Below, piece by piece: positions 9,658-19,206 of a stretch of DNA of 64,000 bases (its first letter is position 1; each line of letters starts with the position of its first letter). Source of the stretch: Clostridia bacterium (lineage in GTDB: Bacteria > Bacillota > Clostridia > CAKSNL01 > HGM11501); the NCBI GenBank assembly GCA_045588365.1, contig JAZNEB010000024.1:48963-112962 (forward strand), in the 5' to 3' direction. The position numbers were made by a program, and so were the translations under genes. The notes under the pieces were generated by a model. The model ran no database searches. It was given only the letters and a program-made list of their open reading frames with translations, and was not told the DNA's origin.

Positions 9658-10497
9658 TCATCTGTATAGATAAAAGCCGTTTCCTATGATTTCGCTGCTC
9701 TCCGAAAAAATTGTAAATGCCTTTTCGTCAAGCGCTTTAACCCTTTCTTCAAAAAGAGGCATTTCCCTTTCCTTAAGGGCACAAATAAGCATATATTTGT
9801 CCTCAAAGGTATATCCGCCTTTAACATCTATGATTGTAACACCTCTGGGTGAATTTTCCGTTAAAAATTTTGCCATTTCCTCGCCCTTTTCCGTAACTAC
9901 AAAGGCAAGCTTTGAAACGTTGAGCTTTCTCATAAGCCAGTCAATGGCAAAGGTGGATATGAAAAGAGCAATTATGCCGTAAATGGTACGGTCAACCTCT
10001 CTGAAAGTAAGAAAAGCAAAGCCGATAATTACGGCATCCACAATCAAAATGAGCTTTCCTATCGGCATATGCGGAAGAAAATGCTGAAGTATTCTTCCCA
10101 AAATATCCGTTCCGCCGGTGGAGGCTCCCCCCACAAAGGTCAGGGAAATTCCAAATCCGTAAAGAGCCGCTCCCACTACGGATGCTAAAATTATATCATT
10201 GGTAACGGGGGGCAGATTTTCAAGCAGTCCCACCATAGCCGATACCAAAAGAGAGCCGATAATGGTTTTTATAATAAAGTTCTTTCCCAAAACCTTAAGT
10301 CCGAAAAGAAGTAAAACCACGTTGATTACCGCCAGTGAAATTCCGGCAGGAACAGAAAATACATGATAAAAAACCGTTGCGAGACCTGACGCTCCTCCTG
10401 ATACCACCTTATTGGGGACATAAAAAAGCGCTATTCCCACAGAAGTTAAAAAAGTGCCTACCAAAACAAGCATTAAAGATTTTAACTTTTCTTTCAA
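9658..10497 (-). CDS. YitT family membrane protein (DUF161 + DUF2179)
   Basis: 279 aa; polytopic N-terminal region with GGASG-type motif and soluble C-terminal DUF2179-like domain. Confidence 0.7.
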   Translation of the reverse strand: MKEKLKSLMLVLVGTFLTSVGIALFYVPNKVVSGGASGLATVFYHVFSVPAGISLAVINVVLLLFGLKVLGKNFIIKTIIGSLLVSAMVGLLENLPPVTNDIILASVVGAALYGFGISLTFVGGASTGGTDILGRILQHFLPHMPIGKLILIVDAVIIGFAFLTFREVDRTIYGIIALFISTFAIDWLMRKLNVSKLAFVVTEKGEEMAKFLTENSPRGVTIIDVKGGYTFEDKYMLICALKEREMPLFEERVKALDEKAFTIFSESSEIIGNGFYLYR

Positions 10498-10542
10498 AAA
10501 AATCCTCTCCCATAAACTTTTCTTACATAAATTATGTCTTAT

Positions 10543-10686
10543 TCATTCTGCTTCATAAGTCAAGGAATTCTTTTCTTCCATTTTATTTTTAAATTCCTCT
10601 TTACTGGGTAAATCCTTTACCGTAAACCATATTATAAAAGCAATATAGGCAATAAGTCCTATTATGGCTAAAATTCTCTTTTTCAT
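10543..10686 (-). CDS. Small single-TM protein (47 aa), not in ORF track
   Basis: ATG 10686 preceded by ATAGGAGGGG RBS; MKKRILAIIGLIAYIAFIIWFTVKDLPSKEEFKNKMEEKNSLTYEAE; starts 10 nt after AEC transporter stop. Confidence 0.35.
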   Translation of the reverse strand: MKKRILAIIGLIAYIAFIIWFTVKDLPSKEEFKNKMEEKNSLTYEAE

Positions 10687-10695
10687 AAGCCCCTC

Positions 10696-11667
10696 CTATA
10701 ACACGGGAGTGATAAACCCGAAATAAGTAAGTACGCTGACCCATAAAAATACGGTTATTATGGAAATCGCCGTGCCGAAAACCACCAGCTGCCCTGCTAA
10801 ATCCTCATCTGCTCCCATCTGCTGAGCCATTGTATAGCTTGAAACTGCTGCAGGAGATGTGTGCATCGCCAGTAAAATGGCAAGCTCCCTGTCCTTAAAT
10901 CCCAGTAAAATTGCCACCGTCATAAAGAAAAGTGGTGCCAACATAAGTTTTCCTGCTATTCCCCATACAAGGTATGCCAGATTTCCTTTTACCGATGAAA
11001 AATTGAGACTGGCTCCCAAAGATACCAGAGCCAGGGGAGTCGCTATACCTGCCAGAGATTTTACCGCACTGAAAAGAGGCGTCGGAACAAAAATGTTCAC
11101 ACCCTTAAGCCAGACAGCTATAAAGGCACAAACGGAGCCTATTATAAGGGGATTTTTTGCTATATTGAAAATGACCTTTTTAAGGTCCGTCTTTTTCCCT
11201 TTTAAGGACTCAAGGGTTATAACTGCCAGAACATTATAAACGGGAACTATAATGGCTATAATCACCGACGCTTTTCCCGAAAGGGAGCCGTCTCTAAAAA
11301 GACTCTCCGCCACAGGTATTCCGAATATAAGAAAATTACTTCTGAATACACCCTGAATCAAAACCCCACGGCTTTCCTTCTTTTTAACAAAAAACAAAGC
11401 CAGAATTACCATAAGTGCAAAGCACAAAACCACGCTCAGAACCCCATATGTAATGAGTTTTATATCAAAAACCTCGGAAATTTCCGATTCATATACGTTT
11501 TTAAATATGCTTAAGGGTAAAAATACGGTGAAAACCAGCTTGTTTAACATTTTTACCGAGGAAGCATCAATTACTTTACCTCTTTTTAATGAATATCCCA
11601 AAAAAAGAAGTACAAATATAGGAAATACCAGATTAAAAGAAAGCTTAAGACTCTCCGTAAAAATCAC
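10696..11667 (-). CDS. AEC (auxin efflux carrier) family transporter / malate permease-like
   Basis: 323 aa, ~10 TM, AEC family profile. Confidence 0.8.
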   Translation of the reverse strand: MIFTESLKLSFNLVFPIFVLLFLGYSLKRGKVIDASSVKMLNKLVFTVFLPLSIFKNVYESEISEVFDIKLITYGVLSVVLCFALMVILALFFVKKKESRGVLIQGVFRSNFLIFGIPVAESLFRDGSLSGKASVIIAIIVPVYNVLAVITLESLKGKKTDLKKVIFNIAKNPLIIGSVCAFIAVWLKGVNIFVPTPLFSAVKSLAGIATPLALVSLGASLNFSSVKGNLAYLVWGIAGKLMLAPLFFMTVAILLGFKDRELAILLAMHTSPAAVSSYTMAQQMGADEDLAGQLVVFGTAISIITVFLWVSVLTYFGFITPVL

Positions 11668-12676
11668 CTCCAGACTTGGAGCCGTATATTTTTTTATCTC
11701 CGACTCTTATCCCCGTTCCGTCTTCCGTAACGGTAACACTAAAGGCGTGATTCATTTTCTCATCTATCGCCTTGATGTTGCATCTTTTCTGCCCGTAAAG
11801 CTTTGACAAAAGCCTGTCTTCCGAAAAGATGTTCAAAAACTCAGGCTTTTCACTTTCCACATAGGAAAATATTCTTTTTAATATAAGCCTGCTTTTTGCC
11901 ATTTCTCCGAAGGATGGATGGAAAGGCCCTGCAATAAAGCTCTTTTTAAGGCTTTCTGAAGGCTGGAGACCCGTCCTTATTACAGAAATTCCCGCATTTT
12001 CGAATTTGTCCGTCAAAAGAGCCGTAAGCTCTACCGCCTCCTCCAAAGTCTGAGGATGATATTCTCCTTTTTTATACATTTCAAAAAGGCAGGTGTCCTC
12101 CAGAACCAAAGTAGGATAAATCCTTACCTCCTTAGGCTTCATTTTTATAAAATCGTGGCAGGTCTTTATATCAAGTTCATCATTTGCCAATGGCAGATGA
12201 GTCATCATCTGAAGACCTAAATTTATACCGCTTTCCCGTATAAGATTTGATGCATTTTCTATATCAAAAGAGGTATGTCCACGTCTGGCTGCCTTTAAGA
12301 CTGCATCAGAAGTGGACTGTGCACCAAGTTCAACGGTTGTAACCTTGTGTCTTAAAAGATTTTCAACTATACGGGGGTTTATATAATCAGGTCTTGTGGA
12401 AAGACGGATTCCCGTTATCTTTTCTCCGTCCACAAATTTTTCTGCCGCTTCCAAAAGCTCCGTCTGAAGCCTTTCGTCAATTCCAGTAAAGCTTCCACCG
12501 AAAAAAGCGATTTCTGCCTGACCTTTAATATAAGAAAGCCACTCTTTAACGATTTTTTCAACATCGCTTCCCGTAACATTTCCGCTGTGTCCCGTGATTT
12601 TTTTCTGATTGCAGAAAACACAGTCATTGGGACAGCCTAAATGAGACACGAAAACAGGAATATTCGCCCTTTTCAT
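11645..12676 (-). CDS. Radical SAM protein (Elp3-like, conserved downstream of rnc in Firmicutes)
   Basis: 343 aa; CPNDCVFC = CxxxCxxC radical-SAM cluster motif near N-terminus. Confidence 0.75.
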   Translation of the reverse strand: MKRANIPVFVSHLGCPNDCVFCNQKKITGHSGNVTGSDVEKIVKEWLSYIKGQAEIAFFGGSFTGIDERLQTELLEAAEKFVDGEKITGIRLSTRPDYINPRIVENLLRHKVTTVELGAQSTSDAVLKAARRGHTSFDIENASNLIRESGINLGLQMMTHLPLANDELDIKTCHDFIKMKPKEVRIYPTLVLEDTCLFEMYKKGEYHPQTLEEAVELTALLTDKFENAGISVIRTGLQPSESLKKSFIAGPFHPSFGEMAKSRLILKRIFSYVESEKPEFLNIFSEDRLLSKLYGQKRCNIKAIDEKMNHAFSVTVTEDGTGIRVGDKKIYGSKSGGDFYGES

Positions 12677-13341
12677 GTAAGAGCCTCCAGCGCCGCCTTT
12701 GCCGCCTGCTGTTCTGCTTCTTTCTTGGAGCCTGCCCTTCCCCTGCCTATAACCTTATCTCCGCTTAAAACCTCAAATTCAAAGCTTTTAAGATGGGCAG
12801 GGCCGCTTTCATCTGTCATACGGTAAGAAATTTTTTCCGTTGCACCGCTTTGTGCCAGCTCCTGAAGCTCCGTTTTATAGTCCTTGAATGCTTTTCCCGA
12901 AACAGCCTTATCTATAATGGGCTTTAAGTTTCTTAAGATCCACTCTCTCGCCTCTGAAAGTCCTGAATCCAGATATATTGCGGCTATAGTTGCCTCCACA
13001 ATGTCAGAAAGAATTGAGCTTCTTTCCCTTCCGCCAGTGGCTTCCTCTCCTTTGTTGAGAATTAAAAACTGTCCCAAAGAAAGTTTTTTTGCAACCTCAA
13101 AAAGGGAGCGCTCACAAACTGATGCGGCTCGCACCTTGGTAAGCTCTCCCTCCGGCATATCGGGATAGTTTTTGTAAAGATAATCTGAAACCACCAATGA
13201 AAGAATGGAATCACCTAAAAATTCCAGTCTTTCATAGCTTTTAACATCACGCTCATTAGCATAAGAGCTATGAGTAAGAGCTTCCTTTGCAAGAAGCTCA
13301 TTTTTAAAAGTATATCCTACGGCTTTATAAAAACCGTTCAT
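12673..13341 (-). CDS. rnc: Ribonuclease III
   Basis: 222 aa; RNase III signature ERLEFLGDS and C-terminal dsRBD; classic acpP-rnc arrangement. Confidence 0.9.
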   Translation of the reverse strand: MNGFYKAVGYTFKNELLAKEALTHSSYANERDVKSYERLEFLGDSILSLVVSDYLYKNYPDMPEGELTKVRAASVCERSLFEVAKKLSLGQFLILNKGEEATGGRERSSILSDIVEATIAAIYLDSGLSEAREWILRNLKPIIDKAVSGKAFKDYKTELQELAQSGATEKISYRMTDESGPAHLKSFEFEVLSGDKVIGRGRAGSKKEAEQQAAKAALEALT

Positions 13342-13375
13342 TTTTATCCCTCACTTTAAGCCAATGGGGTTCGAC

Positions 13376-13597
13376 TTAAGAATTTTGTACTATATATTCT
13401 GCGGCATCTCCCACAGTTTTAATCTTATTTGCATCCTCGTCTTCAATTTCCATGTCAAATTCTTCCTCAAGAGCCATAATAAGCTCAATTAAGTCCATAG
13501 AATCGCCAAGTTCTTTGAAAGGAGTTTCCTCTGTGATTGACTCTTCATCAATCCCGAACTGCTCTGCAATAATACTTCTTATCTTTTCAAATTCCAT
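13376..13597 (-). CDS. acpP: Acyl carrier protein
   Basis: 73 aa; phosphopantetheine attachment [10 protein letters not shown] motif. Confidence 0.9.
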   Translation of the reverse strand: MEFEKIRSIIAEQFGIDEESITEETPFKELGDSMDLIELIMALEEEFDMEIEDEDANKIKTVGDAAEYIVQNS

Positions 13598-13693
13598 AAT
13601 CTTCTTCCTTTCGTTTTTTTCAATAGTATATGCTATCCTAAAAAAAAAATCAATAGCTTTTTACAACAAAAATCATATTTTTATCAATTTCTT

Positions 13694-14398
13694 TCACTTT
13701 TCCATGCTGCATTTAAGCTTTTCAACTGCCTTTTTTTCTATTCTTGACACATATGAACGGGATATTCCCAGCATCTTTGCAATTTTTCTTTGCGGAATGC
13801 ACTTTCCGTCTTTAAGACCATATCGCATTTCCACAATCATTCTTTCCCGTTCCTCCAAAGAATCTCTGATGCCGTCATAAAGCTTTTTAATTTTAATCTT
13901 TTTTTCGTACTGTTCCTCTATTTCTTCTTCCTCTGACGGAAGTATATCCATCAAAGTAACCTCGTTACCCTCCTTATCGCTGCCGATTGTCTCCGATAAG
14001 GACACCTCTGAAACCGAATGCTTTCTCCCCCTTAAAACCATTAAAATTTCATTGTGGATGCATTTTGCAACATAGGTGGAAAGCCTGGTCTTTTTCTCTT
14101 TCGTAAAGGTATTTATCCCTTTTATAAGTCCGATTGTTCCTATAGACAGTAAATCATCTGCTTCTTCGGGGCTTGTGGCATATTTTTTCACTATATGAGC
14201 TACCAGTCTTAAGTTATGCTCAATCAGCTTGTTTTTTGCCTCCTGGTCGTTTTCCTTTTCATATTTCTCCAAAAGATATTCTTCTTCCTTTTCAGTAAGG
14301 GGCTTCGGAAAGCTTCCGCTGTGGATATGCCCCAGCATGAAAATCTTCTGAATGAGAGTATAAAGGATATAAAGCAAATCAAAATTCCTCCCTAACAT
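13694..14398 (-). CDS. sigK: RNA polymerase sporulation sigma factor SigK (pro-sigma-K, uninterrupted)
   Basis: 234 aa; near-identical blocks to B. subtilis SigK (LIEHNLRLVAHIVKKY, ISRSYVSRIEKKA) and hydrophobic N-terminal pro-sequence ending ...SFPKPL. Confidence 0.85.
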   Translation of the reverse strand: MLGRNFDLLYILYTLIQKIFMLGHIHSGSFPKPLTEKEEEYLLEKYEKENDQEAKNKLIEHNLRLVAHIVKKYATSPEEADDLLSIGTIGLIKGINTFTKEKKTRLSTYVAKCIHNEILMVLRGRKHSVSEVSLSETIGSDKEGNEVTLMDILPSEEEEIEEQYEKKIKIKKLYDGIRDSLEERERMIVEMRYGLKDGKCIPQRKIAKMLGISRSYVSRIEKKAVEKLKCSMEK

Positions 14399-14437
14399 CT
14401 TTTATTTTAAGATATTAGGGAAGGGTTGTACCTTATG

Positions 14438-15334
14438 CTAATTTAATAAATTAGCATTGTAGGTAAGGGGTGAAGAAAGATTTATTCCCCCTGCTTTTTC
14501 GGTTTTTTCTCCGTTTATAAAAAACTGTACCGCACTTATTTCAGGCAGACTTGTAAGAGTATTGACCACCGAATAGATTGAAAGTGCGCTGTCGTTTTCC
14601 GTTATGGACAAAAGTTCCTCTGAGAAGTTTACATAGCACAATCTGTCCTTGGTTTCAACTGATAAAAGCTTTACCAAAGGAGGTAATAAAGTTTTTCTTC
14701 CCTTTACCTCCGAACCTTTTAAAAGTTGTTCTATGGCTGTTTTTTCTAATGTTTCATTGTCCTTTATGTCCACAATGCGTTTTTCCATTTTCAAGGTTTT
14801 TTTATCTTCTGATGCAAAATAGAGCTCCAATGCTACAGTCATATTCCGCCCGATTTCATCGGCGGTTATAACATTATTCATGGAAAGTGCTCCTATTTCC
14901 TCATCCCTTGAATTATATTTTATACCTCTTCCGTTTACTGAAATTTTAACGGATTTTATTCCCTCCAAAACGCAAAGGGTATTGACCACCGAATAGATTG
15001 AAAGCAGTCTCTGAGCATCATTTTTTGTTTTTTCAAAATCCTGAGAAAGATTTACAAGTGCCACATTATCTTCAATCCTTAAGCCTATAAGAGCCGTATT
15101 TTCGGGTATAACCCTTTTGTGCTCCGCTTTTTTAGGGCCTTTTAAGAGGGCTTCTGTAACAGCTCTTGCGGTTTTTTCCAAGGAATCGGTTTTTTCTATA
15201 ACCACTTTTTCAGAGGAAAAGCCTTTGCCGTTTTCATCCGAAAAATATAAAATGTGCTTTTCTCTGTCTCCGATGCATCCGGCAAGGCCAAGAAGGAGAC
15301 TTAAAATAACAAGTATTGAAACACTTTTTTTCAT
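14438..15334 (-). CDS. gerM: GerM-like lipoprotein with two GerMN domains
   Basis: 298 aa; lipobox LLGLAGC; two repeated GerMN-like segments (each ...SIYSVVNTL...). Confidence 0.65.
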   Translation of the reverse strand: MKKSVSILVILSLLLGLAGCIGDREKHILYFSDENGKGFSSEKVVIEKTDSLEKTARAVTEALLKGPKKAEHKRVIPENTALIGLRIEDNVALVNLSQDFEKTKNDAQRLLSIYSVVNTLCVLEGIKSVKISVNGRGIKYNSRDEEIGALSMNNVITADEIGRNMTVALELYFASEDKKTLKMEKRIVDIKDNETLEKTAIEQLLKGSEVKGRKTLLPPLVKLLSVETKDRLCYVNFSEELLSITENDSALSIYSVVNTLTSLPEISAVQFFINGEKTEKAGGINLSSPLTYNANLLN

Positions 15335-15339
15335 ATCTC

Positions 15340-16734
15340 TTATGCCACGGGAAGATAAATCCTGAATATACTTCCCATGTTTTCCTCACTTTCCACATCG
15401 ATATGACCGCCGTGCATTTCCACAGCCGAAAGAGCGATGGACAGACCCAGTCCTGTACCGCCGGTCTCTCTGGAACGGGCTTTATCCACCCTGTAGAATC
15501 GGTCAAATATTTTGCTTATATCATCCCTGGATATGCCTATTCCCGTATCTCTTACGGTAATAATCGCATTGTCCACATCCCTCTCCAAAAAGATTTCCAC
15601 CTTTCCTCCATAGGGTGTATACTTTATGGCATTATCCGTTATGTTATATACCGCTTCCCATATTTTATTTTCCTCCATGAGCATAAAAACGTCGCTCACA
15701 CAGTTAAACTTAAGTCCCACGCCTTTTCTTATGGCAATTTTGGTCAACGCATCCGCAACACCTTTTACAACATCCTTAAGGCTTCCCGTTACAAACTTTT
15801 TGTTTTCGCTGTATTTGGATGCATCCATCCTTGTTAAATCCAGAAGGTCATTTACTATAACCGTAAGCCTGTCAACTTCCCGGTTCATATCTCCCAAAAA
15901 CTCTCTCACCATCTCAGGAGGGGCGTTATCTCCCGCCTCTATAATAGAATCACAGATGAGCTTTATGGAGCTTAAAGGAGTTTTAAGCTCATGGGATGCA
16001 TTTGATACAAAGGCTGTCCTTTTTTCCTCCTGGGACTCAAGTTCTTCAATGAGGTTATTGAAGCTTTTTACAAGCTCACCTATTTCACCTTTTGCATTGA
16101 ATTCTATCTTCATCTTTCTTTCCACGTTTTGCGCCTTTATTTTATTTATAAGCTTCGTTATGGGAGATAGGAAAAATCCCGCAAAGGCAAAGCTTAAGAA
16201 AACGGCAAAAACGCAAAGGAGCACTAAAAGATAATTCATACTTCTTTTTGTAGCCGATAAAACCTTGGTTATTTCATCTGCCGAGCTTTCCATATATGCT
16301 GCTCCGACTATTTCCCCGTTTTTCATAATGGGAACAGATGCGGCAGTTGTAACCTCACTATCATTTTCCGCCTTATTATAGGAGCTTTCACCCGAAAGGG
16401 CAGAAAGTACCATTGGCGAAAGTCTCACCTTGCCTTTTGAATTTGCATAGACATTTCCCGTATTGTCATAGACAATCACACCGTCGGTATTGGTGATTAT
16501 AATACGGCTGTCTCCTCCTATTGCCAGAAGAATTATATCTTCATACAGAGCCTTGGAAAGTCCCGCCTCGGGAACCGAGGCAATATCTGTGGCAATTATA
16601 TTTATTTTTGTAAGCATACTTATTTTATTGTCATTGTATAAGCTTTTGGAAAGAGCCGAGAACATATAAAACCTTATAACCGTTACAGAAAGAACTATGA
16701 TAATAATATAAGTGAATATAAGTCTGAATCTCAT
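15340..16734 (-). CDS. Sensor histidine kinase (two TM, HAMP, HisKA, HATPase_c)
   Basis: 464 aa; H-box SHELKTPL, N/G1/G2 boxes (TGIGISRDD, GGTGLGLSI). Confidence 0.85.
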   Translation of the reverse strand: MRFRLIFTYIIIIVLSVTVIRFYMFSALSKSLYNDNKISMLTKINIIATDIASVPEAGLSKALYEDIILLAIGGDSRIIITNTDGVIVYDNTGNVYANSKGKVRLSPMVLSALSGESSYNKAENDSEVTTAASVPIMKNGEIVGAAYMESSADEITKVLSATKRSMNYLLVLLCVFAVFLSFAFAGFFLSPITKLINKIKAQNVERKMKIEFNAKGEIGELVKSFNNLIEELESQEEKRTAFVSNASHELKTPLSSIKLICDSIIEAGDNAPPEMVREFLGDMNREVDRLTVIVNDLLDLTRMDASKYSENKKFVTGSLKDVVKGVADALTKIAIRKGVGLKFNCVSDVFMLMEENKIWEAVYNITDNAIKYTPYGGKVEIFLERDVDNAIITVRDTGIGISRDDISKIFDRFYRVDKARSRETGGTGLGLSIALSAVEMHGGHIDVESEENMGSIFRIYLPVA

Positions 16735-16801
16735 ACCTGAGGTTACTTCAGAAAGCTTTTCCCAAAGCTTTTTAAAAAGCTCTCTCTTCTCTTTTCCTTC
16801 T

Positions 16802-17485
16802 TTATTCTTCCTTAAAATAATAACCTACTCCCCACTTTGTGTTTATGTAAATAGGATTTGCGGGATCCGGCTCTATCTTCTCTCTGAGCCTTCTTATATG
16901 TACGTCCAGAGTTCTTATATCAGCAGGATAGTCATAGCCCCATATAATATCCAGAAGGTTTTCTCTTGTATAAACCTTGCCGGGGTTTGTTATGAACAAA
17001 TCCATAATTTCAAATTCCTTGGAGGTTAATTCCACATTCTTTCCGTTTACGGTAACACGTCTTAAATTATAGTCAATCTTTATTCCGCCACGGGTAAGGG
17101 TTGTATTGTTCTTTTTAACCTGATTTTGTCCGCTTCTTCTTATAATTGCCTTGACACGGAGCTTAAGCTCCAAAATATTGAAAGGCTTGGTCAGATAGTC
17201 ATCTGCTCCGTATTCAAGACCCATAATCCTGTCCATATCGTCAGTTTTTGCGGTAAGCATAATAATGGGCACGGAGGAAAAATCCCTTATGATACGGCAC
17301 ACTTCAAGACCGTCAAGCTTTGGCAGCATAAGGTCAAGGATGATAAGGTCGATTGTCTTATCTCTGGCAAGCTTTACAGCTTCCTCTCCGTCATAGGCGG
17401 TTTCCACTTCATATCCGTCCTGCTCGAAATTAAATTTCATGCCTTTAACCAACAATTTTTCATCGTCGACTATAAGTATTTTCAT
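16802..17485 (-). CDS. OmpR-family response regulator
   Basis: 227 aa; receiver DxxxD...K and winged-helix trans_reg_C (WGYDY...). Confidence 0.9.
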   Translation of the reverse strand: MKILIVDDEKLLVKGMKFNFEQDGYEVETAYDGEEAVKLARDKTIDLIILDLMLPKLDGLEVCRIIRDFSSVPIIMLTAKTDDMDRIMGLEYGADDYLTKPFNILELKLRVKAIIRRSGQNQVKKNNTTLTRGGIKIDYNLRRVTVNGKNVELTSKEFEIMDLFITNPGKVYTRENLLDIIWGYDYPADIRTLDVHIRRLREKIEPDPANPIYINTKWGVGYYFKEE

Positions 17486-17590
17486 AAATCATCCGTTCCT
17501 TCCAAAATTATCATACTTTCAAGATATATCATATCACAGAGTGGGAATAACTTCAATATTTTTTTGGTAAATATTTTGAATTTTTGCATC

Positions 17591-17628
17591 AAAAAACCGA
17601 GTGCAAAATGCACTCGGTTTTATTTTTA
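17591..17628. terminator. Bidirectional terminator (ccgagtgca-aaa-tgcactcgg + T-run)
   Basis: 9-bp stem flanked by A6 and T4ATTTTT. Confidence 0.7.
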
Positions 17629-18810
17629 TCAGTCAGCAAGTACGTATATATTACAGCTTCTTCTTCCGAACTGAATACACTCGTCGTAAGAGTCATAGAA
17701 AAGGTCAACTCTGTTACCCTTTATAAGTCCGCCTGTGTCTCCTGCAAGGCACACACCGTAGCTCCAGGAACCGTCTGTTGCTTCAATGTAAAGCCTGGTT
17801 CCCAAAGGAATTACTCTGGGGTCAACCGCAACTACGCCCACCTTGGAGCTTATGGAGGTTGCAGTCTTTCCCTTGTCGCAATAAGCCGTAGCCTTTGCGG
17901 AAATAACCTTGCTGTAGGGATAACCGTCAACAGTTCCTACTGCAGGAGCTGCATTCTGGTCATTTCTCTTTACGTTATAAACACCGCATTCAACAATTTT
18001 ATTTACTACAGGTCTTGTTATGGTTTCCTTTGTCTCAAAGCCTGCAATATTGCCGTTGTGGAATGTAACAATGTTGTCTCTCAGCATTTCGCCGTTTACA
18101 CCCTCCTGCACGGTAATCTCTGTATAGGGTGCAAGATTTTTGTTTATTCTGTATTCAACCTCATAGGGGATGGAAATATTTTCGCTGTCGCAGGTAACCG
18201 CAACTCTGGTTACATAAATTTCCATACCTGCATAAGCACCGGTTGTAAGCTCGGGATATACCAAATCGTTACCGTCAAGGGAAATATTAGCCGCCTCTAA
18301 TACAGAAGCAACGTCCCCCTCTGATACATCCACTATATAAGTAAAGTAATCAGCATAAATGTAAACGGGGAAAGCCACCTTGACTTCATATTCTCCGCCG
18401 TCAACGACAGTTCCCGCTTCGCCTGTTGCAGGGTCGATAACCGTGTTATTCTCTCCAACTTCTTCTCTTGCAGACTCTGCAAGCTCACCTGTGGTGATTG
18501 CATTGGTTTCCACTTCAAATCTTTCTTCGCCGTTAAAAAGGACAACATTCTTTAATGTCTTTACGTTGATTGTGGAATTTCCAGTAAGCTTAATGTCTTT
18601 GCCGGGGCTTACCACATCGCCTTCATTAAAGCTAAAGTCCCCTTCTTTTAATATATCTTCTACTGTGTCCGCCTTTGTTACCAAAGTTTTCTGTAAAATT
18701 CCGTCAACTTCGATATTTACCTGAATGTCATTTCCGTAAACAAAACTGTTAATTGAGGAAACAGCCAGTATCACAGCAAAGATAACTGCAGTAACTTTCT
18801 CTTTTAACAT
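17629..18810 (-). CDS. YabE-like cell-wall protein: DUF348 repeats + G5 domain + 3D (MltA-like) domain
   Basis: 393 aa; signal peptide, G5-like repeat region, C-terminal 3D motif AVDPRVIPLGTRLYIE...GDTGGLIKGNRVDLF. Confidence 0.75.
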   Translation of the reverse strand: MLKEKVTAVIFAVILAVSSINSFVYGNDIQVNIEVDGILQKTLVTKADTVEDILKEGDFSFNEGDVVSPGKDIKLTGNSTINVKTLKNVVLFNGEERFEVETNAITTGELAESAREEVGENNTVIDPATGEAGTVVDGGEYEVKVAFPVYIYADYFTYIVDVSEGDVASVLEAANISLDGNDLVYPELTTGAYAGMEIYVTRVAVTCDSENISIPYEVEYRINKNLAPYTEITVQEGVNGEMLRDNIVTFHNGNIAGFETKETITRPVVNKIVECGVYNVKRNDQNAAPAVGTVDGYPYSKVISAKATAYCDKGKTATSISSKVGVVAVDPRVIPLGTRLYIEATDGSWSYGVCLAGDTGGLIKGNRVDLFYDSYDECIQFGRRSCNIYVLAD

Positions 18811-18890
18811 AAATTTTCTTTCCTTTCTCTGTCATCCCGAAAAGGATGACACAGCCTTCTTTAGAGGGATTATATTCAATCGCCTCGTAA

Positions 18891-18919
18891 ATTATAACTA
18901 AATTATTACGAAATGTCAA
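18891..18919 (-). promoter_or_regulatory. Sigma-A promoter for yabE-like gene (TTGACA-17-TATAAT)
   Basis: revcomp 18914-18919 TTGACA, 17-nt spacer, revcomp 18891-18896 TATAAT; leaves ~74-nt leader containing hairpin GTCATCC-TTTTCG-GGATGAC. Confidence 0.6.
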
Positions 18920-19206
18920 CCACTTTTATTTTACTTTAGTGTTTTTTGCTATTTTTTAAGGTGCAAGCCCACTACATATAGTATGTTTTTTATTAAATTT
19001 TTTTAAATTTCTTAACATTTTCATTTAATTTTCGGCGAGTTTTTTTAGAGTATGTTATTTTTATCAGTCCCTTTTTCCATGGGTTTTTAATACTTTCTAA
19101 TCTATTTTAGATGATTCGTTTTTTAGATAATTTCACCCTTAAATTTGTAATAAATTCCCACTCAAACAATAGTATATATTATACCATTATATAAGGAGGG
19201 GATTAT

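Noticed and set aside
13694-14398. skin-like intervening element in sigK
   Set aside because: The ORF is continuous from the pro-sequence to the C-terminal 4.2 region (234 aa), and no recombinase gene is nearby.
18811-18890. Possible c-di-AMP (ydaO-type) riboswitch in the leader of the YabE-like cell-wall gene (hairpin GTCATCC-TTTTCG-GGATGAC)
   Set aside because: A consensus TTGACA-17-TATAAT promoter lies only ~74 nt upstream of the ATG, leaving too short a leader for a ydaO riboswitch. The hairpin is not followed by a U tract and none of the conserved ydaO segments could be recognised.
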